Shown: positions 8,613 through 18,407 of the stretch, in pieces
How the letters are laid out: each line of letters starts with the position of its first letter
Position numbering within the stretch: position 1 is the first letter of the stretch
DNA from: a virus
Lineage: Duplodnaviria > Caudoviricetes
Virus record (IMG/VR): IMGVR_UViG_3300033475_000050
Span: 1 to 46,021 of that record
Length of the DNA stretch: 46,021 nucleotides
Direction: 5' to 3' (one strand)
The notes under the pieces: model-generated
Databases searched by the model: none
What the model was told of the DNA's origin: nothing
Seen by the model: only the letters and a program-made list of their open reading frames with translations
Made by a program: the position numbers and the translations under genes

Positions 8613-10016
8613 ATGCCACCGCTTCGTCCTCCCGCGCGTCCCGCCGCTTCGGCGGCGCGTCCCGCACCGGCCGCCCGCCCGGCGACCGCTCCCGCTCCAC
8701 GCGCTGCCGTCCCGGCTGCGCGCCCGGCGGCTCCCGCTCGCGCACTGACTCCGCGCGCTCCGCTTCGTGGTTCCTCGCAGCCCTTCGAGTTCGAGTACGA
8801 GGAGATCGACAGCGAAACCGCGTCCAAGCATGCGAATGCTTCGACCGGCAACTACGACTCGTACATCGACCGGCAGTTTCAGATGTACAAGGTCCGCGAC
8901 GGTCAGAACAGCCTTCGCATTCTTCCGTGCACGTTCGACTGGAAGGGTCTCGGCATCGATAATCACTGGGCCTTCCCGGTGAGCGTCCATTACGGGATCG
9001 GCCCGGACGAAGCGGCCTATCTTTGCCCGCACGAGATGAAGGGCGAGGATTGTTCGCTGTGCAACGAGCGTCGCACCCTCGCCGCCGATGACCCGGAAGC
9101 TGCCAAGGCCCTGAAGGCCAGCAAGCGGTGGCTGGTGTGGGTGCTTGATCGTCTCAACCCGACGGAAGGCCCGCGCATCTGGGCCATGCCGAGCACGGTT
9201 GAGAAGTCGCTTAATGTGCTCAGCAAGACCGCGAAGGGCATCGTGCAGCTTTCGCACCCGGTCAACGGCTACGACATCAGCTTCATCGCCGAGGGCAAGG
9301 CGGTGCAGCGGAAGTACAACGCGCTCCAGATCGACCGCGACCCCTCGCCGCTGTCGGACGACGCCGCCAAGGCTCAGGAGTGGTACAACTTCGTCAAGGC
9401 CAACCCGCTGTCGCAGGTCCTCCAGTGGTACGAGGACAGCTATGTCGCCGAGGTGCGGAGCGGTCAGGTCGAACGAGCCCCGGAGGGTGAAGAGCCCACC
9501 GCCGACGAAGCCCCGGCACGCACCACTCGGCGCAGCGTCCGCGCGGCGGCGGCCGAGCCCGAGCCCGAGCCCGAGGAAACGGTCGAGGAGGAAACGACCG
9601 ACGAAGCGGGTGTCGAGCCGCCGACGCCGGAGGAGATCATGGCGATGGGCGAGGACGAGTTGTTCGCCCTCATCGACACATGGCAGATCGAGATCAACAC
9701 CGAGGACTACAGCACGGTGGAAGACCTCGCGTCGGCTTTGTGCGATGTCTTTGCCTCGATGCACGAAGCCGAAGAAGCCGCCGACGCGGTCGACGAGCCC
9801 GCCGAGGAGGAGCCCGAGCCCGAGCCCGAGCCCGCCCCGGCGCCGCGCAGGCTCGGTATCAAGGCGGCACCGGCGGCCAAGGCTCCGGCCGCCCGCCCGG
9901 CGGCGAAGCCCGCCGCTGCCCCCGCGCGAACGGCTCCAGCGAAGCCCACCGCTCCTGCCGCCGGGATGTCCCCGGCGGATCGGGCGAAGGCCCGCTTGGC
10001 TGGCATGCGGAAGTAG
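8613..10016 (+). CDS. T4 gp32-like single-stranded DNA-binding protein with low-complexity arms
   Basis: GQNSLRILP, VHYG, CP...CSLC Zn site, GYDISF; acidic EPEPE region; Ala/Pro/Arg/Lys-rich termini. Confidence 0.78.
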   Translation: MPPLRPPARPAASAARPAPAARPATAPAPRAAVPAARPAAPARALTPRAPLRGSSQPFEFEYEEIDSETASKHANASTGNYDSYIDRQFQMYKVRDGQNSLRILPCTFDWKGLGIDNHWAFPVSVHYGIGPDEAAYLCPHEMKGEDCSLCNERRTLAADDPEAAKALKASKRWLVWVLDRLNPTEGPRIWAMPSTVEKSLNVLSKTAKGIVQLSHPVNGYDISFIAEGKAVQRKYNALQIDRDPSPLSDDAAKAQEWYNFVKANPLSQVLQWYEDSYVAEVRSGQVERAPEGEEPTADEAPARTTRRSVRAAAAEPEPEPEETVEEETTDEAGVEPPTPEEIMAMGEDELFALIDTWQIEINTEDYSTVEDLASALCDVFASMHEAEEAADAVDEPAEEEPEPEPEPAPAPRRLGIKAAPAAKAPAARPAAKPAAAPARTAPAKPTAPAAGMSPADRAKARLAGMRK

Positions 10017-10022
10017 CGCGGC

Positions 10023-11066
10023 ATGCCCCGGCTCAACGCCAAGAAGGAGCCGAAGCAGGAAAAGGCGGGTGCCTATTTCAAGGCACCCGCTTCTTCTTCA
10101 TCGCTCCAGCGCTTTTCATCCGGGTGTGCGTTGCTCGACAACGTGCTCGGCGGCGGCTGGGTGCTCGGCCGCATGGAGAACATAATCGGCGACAAGAGCA
10201 CGTCGAAGACCGGGCTTGCTGTAGAAGCCATGGCTAACTTTGCGCGCGCGTATCCGAAGGGTTGGATCAAGTACCGCGAAGCCGAAGCGGCGTTCGATGT
10301 CGACTACGCGGTGAACAAGCTCGGCTTGCCGCGCGCGCGGGTCGGGTTCTGGGCGGATGACTACGACCCGGAGCGGCACTTCGATACTATCGAGGACATG
10401 TACGAGGATGTGCAAAAGGTTCTCGACAAGGCGAAGCCGGGACAGCCCGGGCTCTACATAGTCGATAGCCTCGACGCGCTGACGGATCGCGAGGAGCAGA
10501 AGCGCAAGATCGATCAAGGCTCCTATGGCGGTAACAAGGCGAAGAAGCTCGGTGAGTTCTTCCGGCGATTGGTGCGCCCGTTGGAGGAGAAACAGGTGTG
10601 CCTGATGATTATTTCTCAGGTGCGCGCGAACATCGGCGCCATGTTCGGTGAGAAGTACACGCGTACCGGCGGCAAGGCGATGGACTTCTACGCCACGCAC
10701 TGCCTCTGGCTGGCGCACCTCAAGACTCTCAAGAAGACCCGCAACAAGGTCGACCGCGCCGTCGGAATCCACATCAAGGCGAAGTGCAAGAAGAACAAGG
10801 CCGGGCGACCGTTCCGCGAGGCCGAGTTTGACTACATGTTCGACTACGGAATCGACGACCTCGGCGCCTCGCTGGCATGGCTCCACCAGATCGGGCGGCT
10901 TAAAGAAACGCTCGGCGTCAGCACCCCTGACGAGCTTTTGAAGCAGCTAGGCGACGTCAGCGATGACGACTATCGGGGCATGGTCAGCGACGTCAGCGGC
11001 GCGGTCAAAGCGCTCTGGGAGGAGATCGAACGCGACTTCGATCCCCAGCGGAAAAAGTACGCCTAG
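10023..11066 (+). CDS. recA: RecA/UvsX-like recombinase
   Basis: LDNVLGGG, Walker A-like GDKSTSKT, IVDSLDAL, ISQVR, TGGKAMDFYA, KNK. Confidence 0.92.
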   Translation: MPRLNAKKEPKQEKAGAYFKAPASSSSLQRFSSGCALLDNVLGGGWVLGRMENIIGDKSTSKTGLAVEAMANFARAYPKGWIKYREAEAAFDVDYAVNKLGLPRARVGFWADDYDPERHFDTIEDMYEDVQKVLDKAKPGQPGLYIVDSLDALTDREEQKRKIDQGSYGGNKAKKLGEFFRRLVRPLEEKQVCLMIISQVRANIGAMFGEKYTRTGGKAMDFYATHCLWLAHLKTLKKTRNKVDRAVGIHIKAKCKKNKAGRPFREAEFDYMFDYGIDDLGASLAWLHQIGRLKETLGVSTPDELLKQLGDVSDDDYRGMVSDVSGAVKALWEEIERDFDPQRKKYA

Positions 11067-11068
11067 CC

Positions 11069-11608
11069 ATGGCGAAGGGGAAGGGGAAGGGTGCCCAGTT
11101 TGAACGGGAGGTGTCGCGGCGCCTCTCGCTCTGGCTTACATGCGGGGAGCGGGACGATCTGTTCTGGCGATCCGCCATGTCTGGAGGCCGCGCCACCGTT
11201 CAATTCAAGAAGGGGATCACCAACCGGGCACAGGCGGGCGATCTGTGCGCTATCGACTCGGCGGGCGAAGCGCTCCTGCAACACGTGGTCGTCGAGTGTA
11301 AATTCCACGCGGATCTAGTCATTGTGAACAGCTTCTTGGGCGACGGGCATTTGCGCCGCCTCTGGGACAAGCATGTCGACGAGGCCAAACGCACGGATCG
11401 TGAGCCCTTCATGGTGGCAAAGGAGAACCGCACTCCGGCGCTCCTCATTACCACGCCAAAGGCGGTGCGGCTGCTCGGCATCACGGACGCGCCGCCGATC
11501 ACGCTCGACTGGTTGCGCCCCAGCCTCGCCCGCGCCGCTGTGTTCGAGTTCGACAAGATCGTTCCCCGCGAAAAGGAGTGGGAAGATGCAGCAGTCGCCG
11601 ACGACTAG
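11069..11608 (+). CDS. Holliday junction resolvase-like PD-(D/E)XK nuclease
   Basis: KGAQFEREV, SGG, GDL, VECK. Confidence 0.8.
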   Translation: MAKGKGKGAQFEREVSRRLSLWLTCGERDDLFWRSAMSGGRATVQFKKGITNRAQAGDLCAIDSAGEALLQHVVVECKFHADLVIVNSFLGDGHLRRLWDKHVDEAKRTDREPFMVAKENRTPALLITTPKAVRLLGITDAPPITLDWLRPSLARAAVFEFDKIVPREKEWEDAAVADD

Positions 11609-11879
11609 ACAGTATGTGCGCTGGATACCTGTGCGCGGTGCGAACGCGGTGCTTGGCTTTCTACGCGTGGTGGAGCGCGCGCTCGACTCGGACTTCTTGG
11701 CTGTCTACAATTCCGGGCGTAACCGCGAACCCGTAACGCTTGACCTCTACAAGACCACGTTTCTTCTTGGCCGCTTTGACCGGGGCGACAACACCTTTGA
11801 GGTGGCCGTGGACTCGCACAGCTACGGCGTGGAGTTCTGGCGGTCGGTGCACGGCTTCGTAGAGGTTGTACGCGAATGA
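11586..11879 (+). CDS. Hypothetical protein
   Basis: ATG 11586 after GGAG; ATGA-coupled to the next gene. Confidence 0.55.
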   Translation: MQQSPTTRQYVRWIPVRGANAVLGFLRVVERALDSDFLAVYNSGRNREPVTLDLYKTTFLLGRFDRGDNTFEVAVDSHSYGVEFWRSVHGFVEVVRE

Positions 11880-12901
11880 CCATGTTGGCCGTCAGCGACA
11901 TTCACATGTCGGTCAATCCCCGCGACTGGTATCGTTGGGGCCTCTTTGACTGGTTGGAGGAGGAGGTCGCCAAGCGGAAGGTCGAGTGCCTTCTGCTTAA
12001 CGGTGACCTGACCGAGGTCAAGGACCGGCACCCGGCCGCGCTGGTCGACCGCATGGCGACGTCGCTGGCGCGGCTCGGACAGCTTTGTATGGTGATTATC
12101 AACAAGGGCAATCACGACTACCTCGACCCGGCGGTGCCCTTCTTCGGTTTCGCGGACCTCATTCTCGGCGTGACATTCGTGCGCGAGCCGACCGAGTTGG
12201 AGCTACCGATTGTGGGCGCGCACGATCGGTGCCTGTTTCTTCCCAGCAGCACCGCCCCGGAGGAGGAGTGGAAAGAGCTGCGACCGGCGTTGCGTGACTA
12301 TGCCTTCATATTTTGTCACCAGACATTCAAGGGGTGCATACTTGACAACGGAACCAAGTCGCCCAACGGAGTCGGCACCGATTTCTTCAAGGGCTACCGG
12401 GGCCGTGTCTACAGCGGCGACATTCACGTGCCGCAGGATGTTGGCACAGTCCGCTACATTGGCGCTCCCTATCGGATTGACTTTGGGGACAGCTACACGC
12501 CTAGGGCGCTACTTATCGGGGACAAGGATGTGTCGCTTCGTTACCCGTGCCCAAACAAGCACTTGCTGGAGGCGACTTACCCCGAGCCGGTGAGCACGCT
12601 TGTCGGCCGCGAGAAGATCGCCAAGGGCGATCAGGTGAAGGTGCGGGTCAACATGCGCCGGGCCGACTACCCGCTCTGGCCGAAGCTTCGGAAGGCGATT
12701 CAAACGTTGGCCGCGCAGGAGGGCTGGGAGCTTTACGGGCCGGAGTTGCGGGCGTTGCCCGAGGACGGCTCGTCCGACGCTCCTGCCCCCCCAAAACGGG
12801 CGTCGCCGGAGGAGTTGGTGCGAGCTTTCGGGGAGGCTTCCGGGGCCGACGCGGACCTCGTTGCCGTTGGACTTGAGATCGCAAAGGCCGCCCAGCTATG
12901 A
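11876..12901 (+). CDS. sbcD: SbcD/Mre11/gp47-like metallophosphoesterase nuclease
   Basis: SDIH, NGDL, GNHD, HQT, SGDIH, YIGAPY. Confidence 0.9.
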   Translation: MTMLAVSDIHMSVNPRDWYRWGLFDWLEEEVAKRKVECLLLNGDLTEVKDRHPAALVDRMATSLARLGQLCMVIINKGNHDYLDPAVPFFGFADLILGVTFVREPTELELPIVGAHDRCLFLPSSTAPEEEWKELRPALRDYAFIFCHQTFKGCILDNGTKSPNGVGTDFFKGYRGRVYSGDIHVPQDVGTVRYIGAPYRIDFGDSYTPRALLIGDKDVSLRYPCPNKHLLEATYPEPVSTLVGREKIAKGDQVKVRVNMRRADYPLWPKLRKAIQTLAAQEGWELYGPELRALPEDGSSDAPAPPKRASPEELVRAFGEASGADADLVAVGLEIAKAAQL

Positions 12902-14754
12902 CCGCCGCTCTCCGCTTCCATTCGCTCAAACTGAGAAACTACAAAGCGTATCGCGGCGACCACACGGTGAGCCTCGACCGCGCGCCGGGGGTTTACCTCC
13001 TTCGCGGCGACAACAAGCTGAACCCGTCGCTCGACTCCAATGGTGCGGGAAAGTCGAGCCTCGCGGACGCTATCACGTGGTGCTTTTACGGAAAGACGCT
13101 GCGCGACGAGAAGCCCGGCGCCAGCGTAGAACCGTGGACCGGTGAGAAGCCGGTCGCGGTCTCGGTTACTTTCAGCGTTCATGGCAAAAAGTATTCGGTT
13201 ACTCGCGGACGCAAACCCAACAGCCTCCACATCGACTTGCGCGAGGCGACGCAGGAACAGGTCGACAAGTTGGTCGGGCTGAGCTACACCGCCTTCCTGT
13301 GCACGGTGATCCTTCCGCAATTCGGCGAGCGCTTCCTTGACCTCAGCGCCGAGCAACAGGCGCGGTTGTTCTCGGAAACGCTCGACCTCGACCTGTGGCT
13401 CCGCGCCGCCGACACCGCCGGGAAGCTGGCGCGCGACGCCGATAAGGAAGCGGACGACGCGCGGCTGCAGGTTGCCACGCAAGAGGGCGCGTTGGCCGAG
13501 CTTGTCGATCAACAGGCGCGTGAGGAAAAGCGCGCGGCTGATTTCGATGCGGAGGCGGCGCAGCGCGACGTCATCCTTCGAGTGGACATCGCCGCCGCGT
13601 ACGAAGAGCTTTACTGTGCGGAGGAGGCGTTGAAGACTGCCGGGCTCGGGGTCCCGACCGAAGCTGAGTTACGGGCCGGAGAGGATACCATCGCGCACCT
13701 TGAGGCGGACATCGAACGCCTCGCCACCGAGCATGCGGACTACCTTCGGATGTTTGACTCCATTGAGTCCGAAATGGACCGCTTGGAGGCGGAGATTGCC
13801 AAACTGAAGGAGCGGCCCGAGCAGTGCCCGACGTGTGGGCACAAGGTAAAGCCGGGGCATTTCGACAAGGAGATCGCCAAGCTGGAGACGGAGCACTTCA
13901 ACACCAACGAGGAGCGCGACGTTACCAAAGCGACGATCAAGGACATGGACGACGATCTGGAACGCATGCGCCAACAAGTGCGTGACAAGCGCACGTCGGT
14001 ACAGATGGGGCGCGACAAGGTACGTGATGCCGCCCGCGATCTTGCGAAGAAGGAAAAAGATGTAGCGGACTGGAAGGCGACCATAACCGCGTTCGAGCGG
14101 TGCGTGGGCAAGGCGGAGGTAAACCCTTTCCGTGCCAGCATGGCCGAGGTCAGCGGGCGCATAGAAGTAACCCTAGCCGAGCTTGAAACCAGCGACGCCG
14201 CGCGCGCCGAGGCTGAGTACTCCGCCCAATGCTACAAGTTCTGGGCCGAGGGCTACCGTACCATTCGCCTCAACCAGATCGACGACCTCCTCCGGAGCTT
14301 GGAGGAGGCGGTGAACAATAACGCCGCCGAGCTTGGCCTGTCCGGCTGGCGCATGGAGTTTGCGACCGAGAAGGAGACCAGCACCGGCAAGGTATCGCGT
14401 TCCTTCCAGACCTTGCTGTACCCGCCGGGGCACACCAAGCCGGTGCGTTGGGAAAGTTTCTGTGGCGTAGAGGTACAGATCTGGCAGTTGGCGGTACGCT
14501 TCGCGCTGGCGGAGCTTTTGCTTGCACACGCTGGTGTCGAGCCCAACATCGAAATTCTGGACGAGCCTACACAGCATTTGTCGCCCGGGGTTATTGACGC
14601 GCTGTTGTCTTCACTGCACCAACGCGCACAGAGACTCGGCCGACAGGTGTGGCTTGTAGAACATCACATTTTTGATACCGGGCAGTTTGCGGGTATGATT
14701 ACTGTAACGCATGATTCTTCGGGGTCGCACGTTACAGGAGGAGACAACACGTGA
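12898..14754 (+). CDS. sbcC: SbcC/Rad50/gp46-like ATPase
   Basis: Walker A NGAGKSS, Q-loop LPQ, coiled coil with CPTCG hook, Walker B ILDEP, H-loop VEH. Confidence 0.92.
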   Translation: MTAALRFHSLKLRNYKAYRGDHTVSLDRAPGVYLLRGDNKLNPSLDSNGAGKSSLADAITWCFYGKTLRDEKPGASVEPWTGEKPVAVSVTFSVHGKKYSVTRGRKPNSLHIDLREATQEQVDKLVGLSYTAFLCTVILPQFGERFLDLSAEQQARLFSETLDLDLWLRAADTAGKLARDADKEADDARLQVATQEGALAELVDQQAREEKRAADFDAEAAQRDVILRVDIAAAYEELYCAEEALKTAGLGVPTEAELRAGEDTIAHLEADIERLATEHADYLRMFDSIESEMDRLEAEIAKLKERPEQCPTCGHKVKPGHFDKEIAKLETEHFNTNEERDVTKATIKDMDDDLERMRQQVRDKRTSVQMGRDKVRDAARDLAKKEKDVADWKATITAFERCVGKAEVNPFRASMAEVSGRIEVTLAELETSDAARAEAEYSAQCYKFWAEGYRTIRLNQIDDLLRSLEEAVNNNAAELGLSGWRMEFATEKETSTGKVSRSFQTLLYPPGHTKPVRWESFCGVEVQIWQLAVRFALAELLLAHAGVEPNIEILDEPTQHLSPGVIDALLSSLHQRAQRLGRQVWLVEHHIFDTGQFAGMITVTHDSSGSHVTGGDNT

Positions 14755-15362
14755 CCGAGCAGACCGTAAACGCGTTGGTGAAGGAGGCGCGAAACGCCAT
14801 AGTCACACTCACGAATGGCGAGTGGCGACTGCCGCTGGATGTTCCGGGCTTGCTCGACCGCCTTTGCGCCGCTCTCGCGTTGCCAGCGTCGGGCGCCACA
14901 TGGTGTTTCGACATGAGTAAGGCACCGTTCGACGCTTCCATAGACATCTGGACGAAGGTTGGGGTGCGCCTCGCTGACTGCACGTTCGACCGTCGCAGCA
15001 AGTGCTGGAACTGGAAAGGCGAAGCCGTCCCGCAAGATCAGGCTATCGCATGGACGGTTGTGCCCCTCCCACCCGCAGCCCATCCCACGCCTCCGGCCGA
15101 GGCGGGAGAGACGAAGCCGGGGGAGTTATTGCCGATGCCGGATGTGACGGCGCTGCGCCGGGAGGCAGAGGAAACAGCGAAGGGGTTCGACAAGTTTCCC
15201 CAGTACGGCTCGGTGGCCAAGCTGCTGCGTAGCCTTGCTAAGGCGCTTCCGAACAACCCTGACGTGGCGCTCCCCTCGACGGGGCGGACGGAACAGGAGG
15301 ATGAGTGGCCCGATGTCGACCCTAACGATCCCAAAGATTACGGAGATGGCTATGGTGGCTGA
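14751..15362 (+). CDS. Hypothetical protein
   Basis: GTG start after AGGAGG, coupled to the sbcC stop. Confidence 0.6.
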   Translation: MTEQTVNALVKEARNAIVTLTNGEWRLPLDVPGLLDRLCAALALPASGATWCFDMSKAPFDASIDIWTKVGVRLADCTFDRRSKCWNWKGEAVPQDQAIAWTVVPLPPAAHPTPPAEAGETKPGELLPMPDVTALRREAEETAKGFDKFPQYGSVAKLLRSLAKALPNNPDVALPSTGRTEQEDEWPDVDPNDPKDYGDGYGG

Positions 15363-15398
15363 GATTTGCGCCGCCCCGTCGCCAGAGGGAGAGCGGTG

Positions 15399-15590
15399 AT
15401 GTTTAGCCTTTGCATCCACCGATGGCGCTATCGCGACGGTGACGGGACCGTAGGGTGCGAGAACACGGTCAGAGAGTGTGCGAAGTGTCACAAAGTCCAA
15501 CACTGGGGACAGCCTTACTACTGGTCAATGAACGCCGACAAAGGCTCCGGTATTGGCTTCGGCCTCGCGGCCAAGGAGCGGACACCATGA
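15399..15590 (+). CDS. Small Cys/His (putative Zn-binding) protein
   Basis: CIHRW...RECAKC; GGAG upstream of ATG 15399. Confidence 0.5.
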   Translation: MFSLCIHRWRYRDGDGTVGCENTVRECAKCHKVQHWGQPYYWSMNADKGSGIGFGLAAKERTP

Positions 15591-15826
15591 CCTCGAAACC
15601 CCACGCAAAGGCGAACGCCGTGAAGCCGCAGGTGCACACGCTCCGGGTGCAACTCACTGACCGCTCTGGGCGACTCACGACCGCACAGGTGCAGAGTTAC
15701 ATCTACGACGCGCTGGAGCATCTAAGCATTATCGACCAGGACCCCATCGAGCATGCGTGGGAAAAGCGCAACCCGCTGTTTGCGCATTTCTGGGTGATTC
15801 CCATCAACCGCAAGGCCAAGCCATGA
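15587..15826 (+). CDS. Hypothetical protein
   Basis: AAGGAG RBS; ATGA overlaps at both ends. Confidence 0.6.
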   Translation: MTSKPHAKANAVKPQVHTLRVQLTDRSGRLTTAQVQSYIYDALEHLSIIDQDPIEHAWEKRNPLFAHFWVIPINRKAKP

Positions 15827-16065
15827 GCACGGACACCACCGACGAACTGGCCGCGCGGCTGTATGAGTTGGCCGAAGACGAGCGAGACGAGAAGTGCGTC
15901 AACGGCCATGACGCCTGTGACCAGATGGTTGACCGAAGCCAGTGTCCATACTGCGAACCGAGCATTAGCAAACTCGGCCAACTCGCCCTTGACGCCGCCG
16001 CCCGTATCGACGCCCTCGATGCCGAGGTGGCGCGGCTGCGTAGCGAGCTAGGGAAGGCGCGGTAA
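15823..16065 (+). CDS. Hypothetical protein with Cys cluster and coiled tail
   Basis: ATGA-coupled; CVNGHDAC...CPYC. Confidence 0.6.
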   Translation: MSTDTTDELAARLYELAEDERDEKCVNGHDACDQMVDRSQCPYCEPSISKLGQLALDAAARIDALDAEVARLRSELGKAR

Positions 16066-16427
16066 TGCCAAGGATCAACAAAGCCTACATGGACCGGGCG
16101 GTCACCCAAGGTGGCTGTCCACACATGCGTGCTGGCGTATGCTCGGCGTGCCGCACTTACTATGAGCGCGTTGTACGAGCCTATCTGTTCGAGATGCACT
16201 CGGCGCTTGGGCGCCAGAATGGTCAGAAGATGCGCGACGAGGGGCGCATGCCCAGCGGTATACGATTTGCCAAAGGCGACGAGCGCACCAAGGTGATCGG
16301 GAGTCGGGGAGCCTACGCGCTCAATGCTCTGCGTACCCCGGCCGAAGCGTACGAGCATAGCCGAAAAGGTGGACTCACCACTGCCGCGCGACGCCGCGCG
16401 CGACTCGCGGCACAGGCGTCCGAATGA
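16065..16427 (+). CDS. Hypothetical basic protein
   Basis: TAATG-coupled; CPH...CSAC and RKGG motifs. Confidence 0.55.
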   Translation: MPRINKAYMDRAVTQGGCPHMRAGVCSACRTYYERVVRAYLFEMHSALGRQNGQKMRDEGRMPSGIRFAKGDERTKVIGSRGAYALNALRTPAEAYEHSRKGGLTTAARRRARLAAQASE

Positions 16428-16744
16428 AGAAGCGGCGCGAGCGCCCGGCCGGGCTTCTCCTCGACGTTCCGGATTCGCGCCCTTCGCCAGTGCTGGGCGC
16501 CGCTCGCGCTATCCTCAGCAAGGCTGTGGCACGCCTTCCACAGGCTCAGGGGGTGGTGATTCGCGCCCGCTATGGGATAGGCGCCGACGGCCGCTGGGGC
16601 GCACCCACACGCACCTTCGCGTCGCTAGGCCGCGAGTACGGGGTGAGCGCTCAGAACATTGCCTATATGGAAGAAGCGGCGATCAAACGTCTCCGGCGCA
16701 TGTCGATAATGCGACGGTTGCGACCTTTGCTGTCTTGTTACTGA
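16424..16744 (+). CDS. Stand-alone sigma-70 region 4 HTH protein
   Basis: LPQAQGVVIRARYGI...RTFASLGREYGVSAQNIAYMEEAAIKRLR matches the sigma region 4 pattern. Confidence 0.8.
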   Translation: MKKRRERPAGLLLDVPDSRPSPVLGAARAILSKAVARLPQAQGVVIRARYGIGADGRWGAPTRTFASLGREYGVSAQNIAYMEEAAIKRLRRMSIMRRLRPLLSCY

Positions 16745-16871
16745 AGCGTACGCACTCAGAACAACGCTATTGCGAAGTCGAAGTTTTTTCGTAGGGTGGG
16801 TTCCCAAGCACCCCTGTCTTCGCAAAAAGCGAATTTGCCCCCGCTGTACTCGCACGCGGGGGTATGTCGTC

Positions 16872-17116
16872 TCTGCCGGTCATTGGCATGAAGCAAGCGC
16901 CGCGAGGTTCTAGATCTTCGCGGAGGTGCGGCTGCCAGCGCCCCGCTTGGCCCGAGGGCGAATCCTTCTTCGGCGTTACGACTTCCAGATGGGGTCCACG
17001 CGTCGGGGTGAATATCGGGCAGGGAGACAAGGAAAGCGGCGTTCGTGTCGCTCCGGCATTCGACGCGTCGAAACGGTAGCGGGAGCAGGGTGCATCCTCT
17101 CCCGCTACTTTCGTTT
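16872..17116 (+). ncRNA. Candidate structured small RNA
   Basis: No credible ORF; lies between a GGGTATG motif (16860) and a terminator (17076-17116); several hairpins. Boundaries approximate. Confidence 0.45.
17076..17116 (+). terminator. Rho-independent terminator
   Basis: GTAGCGGGAG/CTCCCGCTAC perfect 10-bp stem followed by TTTCGTTT. Confidence 0.75.
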
Positions 17117-17208
17117 CCGCTACATGGAATTCCCCGCCACGCTCGGCTGGGTTACGGGACCGCGCGGCCCGGATAGCTCCGCGCGCATATGCTCTCAGGG
17201 GAAAACAG

Positions 17209-17427
17209 ATGAGCAAAGTTACCGGCGTCGTTAAGTGGTTCAACGCGGACAAGGGTTACGGCTTCATTAAGCGCGACAACGGCGACACCGACGTTTTCGT
17301 GCACATCAGCGCTGTCCGTCAGTCGCGACTGGACAACCTGAATGAAGGCGACAAGGTCGGCTTCATCGTCGACAACAACCCGCGTACCGGTAAGCCGTGC
17401 GCGACGCAGCTCGAACTCGTGGCGTAG
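17209..17427 (+). CDS. cspA: Cold-shock protein
   Basis: [15 protein letters not shown] (RNP1) and DVFVHISA (RNP2). Confidence 0.96.
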   Translation: MSKVTGVVKWFNADKGYGFIKRDNGDTDVFVHISAVRQSRLDNLNEGDKVGFIVDNNPRTGKPCATQLELVA

Positions 17428-17438
17428 GCGCGCCAGCA

Positions 17439-17903
17439 ATGGCAATGCCTCGTCCGAATTGGGACAACCAGCCCACAGCCTCCCTCCAGCAAAAGGAGAG
17501 GCTGTGGGTGTCGGTGTATGAGCGCCAGCCCGCGAGCGGCGCCCGCGTCGAGATCGTCCGCGTTGGTCAGGAGAAGCGCGTGACCCCCGGGGAGAATGGA
17601 GCCCCCGACAAGGAAGAATTCGTACAGGTGACCCTCATCGAGACGGTGCTGTGGTGCTCGGCCTACAAGCGCGACCAGCAAGTGAAGAAATGGCGTTACG
17701 CGCTGTCGGTTGTACCGCCCAAGGCGCACTACAGCGGGCCGATCCTCAATCCTCGGCCCGCAGCGGTAGCGCGCCCGAGCGTCTTTCATCGGGTATGTCT
17801 GCGCTGCGCGGCGGAGTTCTTCACCAGCGAGCCCCACATTCGTACATGTGACTCGTGCCGAAGCTACGCCAACGCGCGCGAGGCTGGAGCGGTAGGAGGC
17901 TGA
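17439..17903 (+). CDS. Hypothetical protein with C-terminal zinc ribbon
   Basis: CLRC...RTCDSC; start may be 17439 or 17445. Confidence 0.55.
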   Translation: MAMPRPNWDNQPTASLQQKERLWVSVYERQPASGARVEIVRVGQEKRVTPGENGAPDKEEFVQVTLIETVLWCSAYKRDQQVKKWRYALSVVPPKAHYSGPILNPRPAAVARPSVFHRVCLRCAAEFFTSEPHIRTCDSCRSYANAREAGAVGG

Positions 17904-17905
17904 GA

Positions 17906-18265
17906 ATGTCGGTGCTGGGGCGGAAACCGGACCTAATTGTGATCGACGACAACATCATAGTCGACGATCCCAACGGGTACGTGTTCGTGAATACGGACTT
18001 CGGCGACACCGAGGCCCGGACCATGGCGGTCATGACCGCGCCCCGCTTCGGCATGTCGGAGATTGCCAGTCGCTACTACCCGATCGTGGTAGGGGACAGG
18101 ACGGTCGGCGGCACAATTTGCGGCCCGTGGCATGAAGACCACATCCTCAAGGACATCGTGTCCATGGGATACATCGACATCCCCGAAGCCAACAACCGGC
18201 ACGAGCGCCGCAAGGCCCGCGCGCTGAAGTACCGGCGCAAGAAGCCGGGGAAGCGGAGGCACTGA
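17906..18265 (+). CDS. Hypothetical protein
   Basis: AGGAGG RBS before ATG 17906; basic NRHERRK tail. Confidence 0.6.
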   Translation: MSVLGRKPDLIVIDDNIIVDDPNGYVFVNTDFGDTEARTMAVMTAPRFGMSEIASRYYPIVVGDRTVGGTICGPWHEDHILKDIVSMGYIDIPEANNRHERRKARALKYRRKKPGKRRH

Positions 18266-18266
18266 C

Positions 18267-18407
18267 ATGCCGACAGTCGGCGGTGGCTACAATAAGACGA
18301 GGGCCGAGGCCGAGCGCGCCAAGCGCCAGCGCCGGGAAGCCCGCAAGCAGGCACGACGCGACAAGATGTTCGCGGACTGCCGGAGGGCGAAGGGATGGAC
18401 CGCATAA
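18267..18407 (+). CDS. Small basic protein (46 aa)
   Basis: Own translation MPTVGGGYNKTRAEAERAKRQRREARKQARRDKMFADCRRAKGWTA; GGAGG RBS. Confidence 0.5.
   Translation: MPTVGGGYNKTRAEAERAKRQRREARKQARRDKMFADCRRAKGWTA

Noticed and set aside
9555-9835. GAGCCC tandem repeats as a CRISPR or regulatory array
   Set aside because: They encode EPEPEP linkers in the SSB. No repeat-spacer array was seen anywhere in the window.
17906-17970. GRKPDLIVIDD as a terminase Walker B remnant
   Set aside because: Match too short, with no other ATPase motifs.
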